Origin: Candidatus Micrarchaeia archaeon
GTDB lineage: Archaea; Micrarchaeota; Micrarchaeia; CAILAH01
DNA length: 19,384 bases
Direction: 5' to 3'
NCBI GenBank assembly: GCA_049970015.1
Contig: JBMFNT010000005.1
Location: 18,585-37,968, forward strand
A program made the position numbers and the translations under genes. Numbering within the stretch: position 1 is the first letter of the stretch; each line of letters begins with the position of its first letter. Of the stretch, positions 15,820 through 19,384 are shown piece after piece. The notes under the pieces are model-generated. The model saw only the letters and a program-made list of their open reading frames with translations. It had not been told where the DNA came from and searched no databases.

Positions 15820-16412
15820 TAGACCTTAGCAATGAAAATGTTGTTGAGAACGTGGTTGTGGAAGAGATTGGCCCTGAAAGTGCCAGTGCTTCCAATGAAC
15901 AGAAAGTTATGCAAAGGCCACCTGTGCTCAATGCGAAAGTATATAAGCTAAAGAGTAATTTCGTAAACCATGCACTTTACATAACCGTGTCATATATTGA
16001 GGAAGGAAATAAAAAAAGGCCTTTTGAGGTATTCATAAATACAAAAGACCTAAGCAAGGCCCCTGAGTATGCTGTTCTCACACGGCTCATATCTGCAATA
16101 TTCAGGAAAGGTGGAGAGCCAACATTCATACTTGAAGAGCTCAGGGATATATATGACCCAAATGGAGGGGTGTATAAAGAAGGTAGGTATGTGCCCTCGC
16201 TTTATTCTGAGATTGCTGATCTTATGGAAGCTGCATTCATAGACCTTGGCATAATCGAGCAGAAGGGAAAGGAAGGTTTGACTGAGGTTGATAAGCAGGT
16301 TGACCTTAATGATTTTAAAATATGTCCAAAATGCAACAAGAAAACGCTTGCACTCACAAACGGATGCTTTCAATGTATGAATGAGGAATGTCTATACTCA
16401 AAATGCTCCTGA
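15816..16412 (+). CDS. NrdJb-like C-terminal RNR subunit (TSCPD domain plus Zn-ribbon/Cys tail)
   Basis: Motifs RPPVL, ALYITV, RPFEVFIN, LTRLISAIFRKGG and the C-terminal CPKC...GCFQC...CLYSKCS. It overlaps the nrdJ stop by 4 bp (GTGA) and has a GAGGTG SD. Confidence 0.85.
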   Translation: MIDLSNENVVENVVVEEIGPESASASNEQKVMQRPPVLNAKVYKLKSNFVNHALYITVSYIEEGNKKRPFEVFINTKDLSKAPEYAVLTRLISAIFRKGGEPTFILEELRDIYDPNGGVYKEGRYVPSLYSEIADLMEAAFIDLGIIEQKGKEGLTEVDKQVDLNDFKICPKCNKKTLALTNGCFQCMNEECLYSKCS

Positions 16413-16420
16413 TTATATAA

Positions 16421-18328
16421 TTATGCAATTCTGATGCCATCAAGGTTCATTGGAGCACGTGCCTCTGTTTTGAATATGTATCCCAGAGTACGCGCCATCT
16501 CTTCACATTTATGCTGGTCACCATGCATTGTGAATATATTCTTGAATTGCTGGTTCATATCACGCACAAATGCAATAAGCTGTCTCCTATCACTGTGCCC
16601 TGAAAACCCTTCAACAGTCTTGATCTGCATGTTAATCTGAATGTTCCTCAACCTGCCTTCCTCATCGGTAAACTGGAGCTCCTTTTCGCCGTTCTGTATC
16701 CTGCGACCAACAGATGTCTGCGATTGATAACCCACAAATATTAGCTGGTTCTTTGGGTCTTCAGCCATAAGCTTTAGGTATTCACTGCTCGGCCCTCCTG
16801 TAAGCATTCCAGAGGGGGCAAGTATTATACATGGATCACCCTCTACTATGTCCTTCCTGTTCTTCTTGACCGGCTCAAATATTGGGGATTCAAAAGGTGA
16901 CTCATCACTAACTACTCTCCTCTGAATTGTACTCTTCAAGTATTCTGGATATGCGGTATGGAAAGCAGTAGTTTCAAGTATCATTCCATCCAAGTAAACT
17001 TTATACGGGAACTCCCCTTCCTTACCGCGCACAAACTTCTCAAGGGTGAGCATGACTTCCTGGGAACGACCAACAGAAAACACGGGTATGAGCACCTTAC
17101 CACCGTTTTTTAGCGTTTCCATACAGGAATTGTACAGGTTTTCATCACGCTCATATGAGCGCGGCATTATATCATTCTTCCCACCATATGTGCTTTCTAT
17201 GAAAAGAGTCTCAACACGTGGAAACATTGTGTCTGCAGCATCGAACAATACAGATGGAGTATACCTTATGTCACCACTGAAAACAAGGTTGTGCTTTCCA
17301 CCACCTATGTGCAGGTGTACAGTCGAGCTGCCAAGTATATGCCCTGCATTCCTAAAAGTAAGCTTTATGTCTGGAGTTATGTCTGTCACTTCACCATAGT
17401 TTCTTGTTATTGTGTGTGCAACCGTTTTGCGAACATCAGAATCGGAATATGGTGGTTCCTTGCCAGTCATGTTCATTACTTTTATTATATCAAATTGCAA
17501 AAGCGTCATTATATCGCGTGTGGGTGGCGTACAAAAGACTGGGCCATCATACCCCAGCTTAAAAAGATATGGCAGGAACCCGCTATGGTCCGTATGTGCA
17601 TGACTTATTATGACTGCATCTATATCTTCTATGGCAAGACCAATGCTGCCTAGGTAAGGGTATGCCTTGCCAGGGTCAACCGTCTCATTGTTCATTCCAA
17701 CATCTATGAGTATCCTATCCTTATCAGTCTGCACAAGCAAACAGCTTCTCCCGATCTCCCTGAATGCCCCAAGCGCCACCGTCTTAACCCACTCAATACC
17801 TGTGGACTCGCGAACCACATTAACCTTCTTACCAAAGTTGCTAAGGAACTTCTTCCTCTCTGATGCGAGCCCCGGCTCCGAACCACGTATACCACGTATT
17901 ATATTTGATGGAATTGTTGGAGAACGTTGTACGCGCGGTGCCCATCCCATCTTGATTATTATCTCTTTAAGGTTTGTGCCACCTTTTCCTATCACAAGAC
18001 CGGGTTTTAGCGCATTTATCACAACCTCTCCAAACTCTGGTATAAAGTAGATGTCATTATCACCAACACCTGCCTCATCAGGTATTATACTTTTTATGAA
18101 AGCAATTACCTCTTCCGGTGGCTTCCTAATCGTTGGGTCGCATCTTACAAGGATTTTCTTACGAAGGCCGCGCGAAAGGTTCTTTATGTGATCCTCAGTC
18201 TGGTAGAACGGCTCTGGATTAGTAAGGTAAATCGCGACATCTGGGCCCTCCACCTCAACCTTTGTAAGACCGCATTCCTTAGGTAGTATCTCCTCTGCTT
18301 TCTTTTTAATATCGCTCTTTTCCATCAA
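16421..18328 (-). CDS. fttA: Archaeal beta-CASP ribonuclease aCPSF1 / transcription termination factor FttA
   Basis: N-terminal KH domains (KPGLVIGKGG), MBL motifs ISHAHTDH, AGHILGS and SGD, beta-CASP motifs FSVGRSQE, GFSGHSD and HGD. It lies downstream of psmB. The start is TTG 18328 or ATG 18325. Confidence 0.95.
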   Translation of the reverse strand: MMEKSDIKKKAEEILPKECGLTKVEVEGPDVAIYLTNPEPFYQTEDHIKNLSRGLRKKILVRCDPTIRKPPEEVIAFIKSIIPDEAGVGDNDIYFIPEFGEVVINALKPGLVIGKGGTNLKEIIIKMGWAPRVQRSPTIPSNIIRGIRGSEPGLASERKKFLSNFGKKVNVVRESTGIEWVKTVALGAFREIGRSCLLVQTDKDRILIDVGMNNETVDPGKAYPYLGSIGLAIEDIDAVIISHAHTDHSGFLPYLFKLGYDGPVFCTPPTRDIMTLLQFDIIKVMNMTGKEPPYSDSDVRKTVAHTITRNYGEVTDITPDIKLTFRNAGHILGSSTVHLHIGGGKHNLVFSGDIRYTPSVLFDAADTMFPRVETLFIESTYGGKNDIMPRSYERDENLYNSCMETLKNGGKVLIPVFSVGRSQEVMLTLEKFVRGKEGEFPYKVYLDGMILETTAFHTAYPEYLKSTIQRRVVSDESPFESPIFEPVKKNRKDIVEGDPCIILAPSGMLTGGPSSEYLKLMAEDPKNQLIFVGYQSQTSVGRRIQNGEKELQFTDEEGRLRNIQINMQIKTVEGFSGHSDRRQLIAFVRDMNQQFKNIFTMHGDQHKCEEMARTLGYIFKTEARAPMNLDGIRIA

Positions 18329-18402
18329 AGATTACCTCATAGCATAGATATTAAATGATTTAGCAGCATACTTACATCTACCTGTACTTGCAACCAACTT
18401 AA

Positions 18403-19032
18403 CTACCTACCCTTCAACAAAGACTCAATCTCCTCTTTGCTGTACATTTTATATCCTTTTGAAGTTATTGAAACAAGATTTATTCCATCACCCGTGGCTG
18501 CATCCCTCCTCATTGCAATGTTTATTGACTTCACTGCCAATGGAAGCAGCTCCTCAGTCTTCATCCCTTCCTTATACTCGCTTTCAAGTACACCGTAAGC
18601 CACTGGCGATCCGCTGCCCGTAGAAGTGTACTTTTCAGTGGTGACGCCGCCTATGGGATCGAGGTTGTATATGGCAGGGCCTTTCTCATCAACACCTGCA
18701 ACAAGAAGCTGAACAAGGAATGGAAACCATTTCTGCTGGAAAAGTATGTTTGAAAGCAATGTTGATACTGCTTTTACTGGCATAGGTGCATTGTTCTGCA
18801 GTCTGTACAGCTTAACCTCGGCCTGCATCAACCTGACAAGTGCCTGTGCATCACCCACACTACCTGCCAGTGTGATGCCAACATGCTCATCTATCTTTGC
18901 AATCTTCTCAGTCTCCTTGTTTGCTATAAAGTAGCCCATGCTCGCGCGCATGTCCGCTGCCAGCACCACTCCATCCCTGCCCACCAGTCCTACTGTTGTT
19001 GTACCTTTCTTAGGGTCAAAATTCTGTTCCAT
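18403..19032 (-). CDS. psmB: Proteasome subunit beta
   Basis: Propeptide cleavage site KKG/TTTVG, plus AADMRAS, AGSVGDAQ, STGSGS and RDAATGDG. AGGTGG SD lies before ATG 19032, giving a 10-aa propeptide. The ORF track start is 19056. Confidence 0.96.
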   Translation of the reverse strand: MEQNFDPKKGTTTVGLVGRDGVVLAADMRASMGYFIANKETEKIAKIDEHVGITLAGSVGDAQALVRLMQAEVKLYRLQNNAPMPVKAVSTLLSNILFQQKWFPFLVQLLVAGVDEKGPAIYNLDPIGGVTTEKYTSTGSGSPVAYGVLESEYKEGMKTEELLPLAVKSINIAMRRDAATGDGINLVSITSKGYKMYSKEEIESLLKGR

Positions 19033-19154
19033 CAAACCACCTAATCTTTGGCCCATAAAAATATGACCAAAGCAATTAGCTGCTTAAAATAGAAAAATAA
19101 AGCTTAAAAAGATTTCAGATTGGTTTATCTTGGGCCTCATCATCAATTTGATAC

Positions 19155-19384
19155 CTCCCATTCTTTGCTTGTTTCTTCTTTACCTCATAGTATTTCCATT
19201 ATGTTTGTTTATCCCTTGCTTGTTGTTGTTAATTCAATCCATTGTTTTTTGTTGTTGTCTATACATTGTTTGCTTTGCTCATCCATTGCTTGTTGTTGTT
19301 AATTTCAATACATTGTTTGTTGTTGTTGTCTATACATTCTTTGCTTTGCTCATCCATTGCTTGTTGTTAATTTCAATCCATTGT
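19155..19384. repeat. Hierarchical T/G-rich tandem repeat with a ~70-bp unit, truncated by the window end
   Basis: Units lie at 19211-19280 (70 nt), 19281-19351 (71 nt) and 19352 to the edge. Each is built of three sub-units starting AT(C/A)C(A/C)TT. Degenerate sub-units begin at about 19155. Confidence 0.9.

Noticed and set aside
668..18934. Numerous antisense and alternate-frame ORFs (for example 2585-3088, 3493-4056, 11949-12578, 14658-15215)
   Set aside because: They lie within confidently identified genes on the other strand or frame and carry no recognisable motifs.
19211..19384. CRISPR array, or the 60-aa ORF at 19120-19302
   Set aside because: There are no unique spacers. Unit lengths of 70 and 71 shift frame between copies, and the ORF translation is low-complexity repeat read-through.

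Overview
This is a gene-dense archaeal window. The gene set and sequence divergence suggest a DPANN lineage such as Micrarchaeota, which is an inference. Housekeeping genes: argS, ogg, gatE, an orphan A/V-ATPase subunit D, pus10, an A24 prepilin/prearchaellin peptidase, a Dim2-like KH gene followed by top6B and top6A, a split class II ribonucleotide reductase (NrdJa plus a TSCPD/Zn-ribbon NrdJb), and the psmB-aCPSF1(FttA) pair. The most unusual items are: (1) a catalytically intact, bacterial-type GAF-GGDEF diguanylate cyclase gene directly downstream of a tRNA, behind an archaeal TATA box and co-oriented with pus10 and the prepilin peptidase; (2) a tRNA-Glu(CTC) with two BHB introns, at 37/38 and at 59/60 in the T-loop; (3) a 63-bp MITE-like element with terminal inverted repeats and an 8-bp flanking duplication between gatE and ogg; (4) an in-frame 51-bp tandem repeat inside argS; (5) a candidate box C/D sRNA downstream of top6A; (6) a Cys-rich, sequon-rich surface lipoprotein; (7) a hierarchical ~70-bp non-coding tandem repeat that runs off the right edge.
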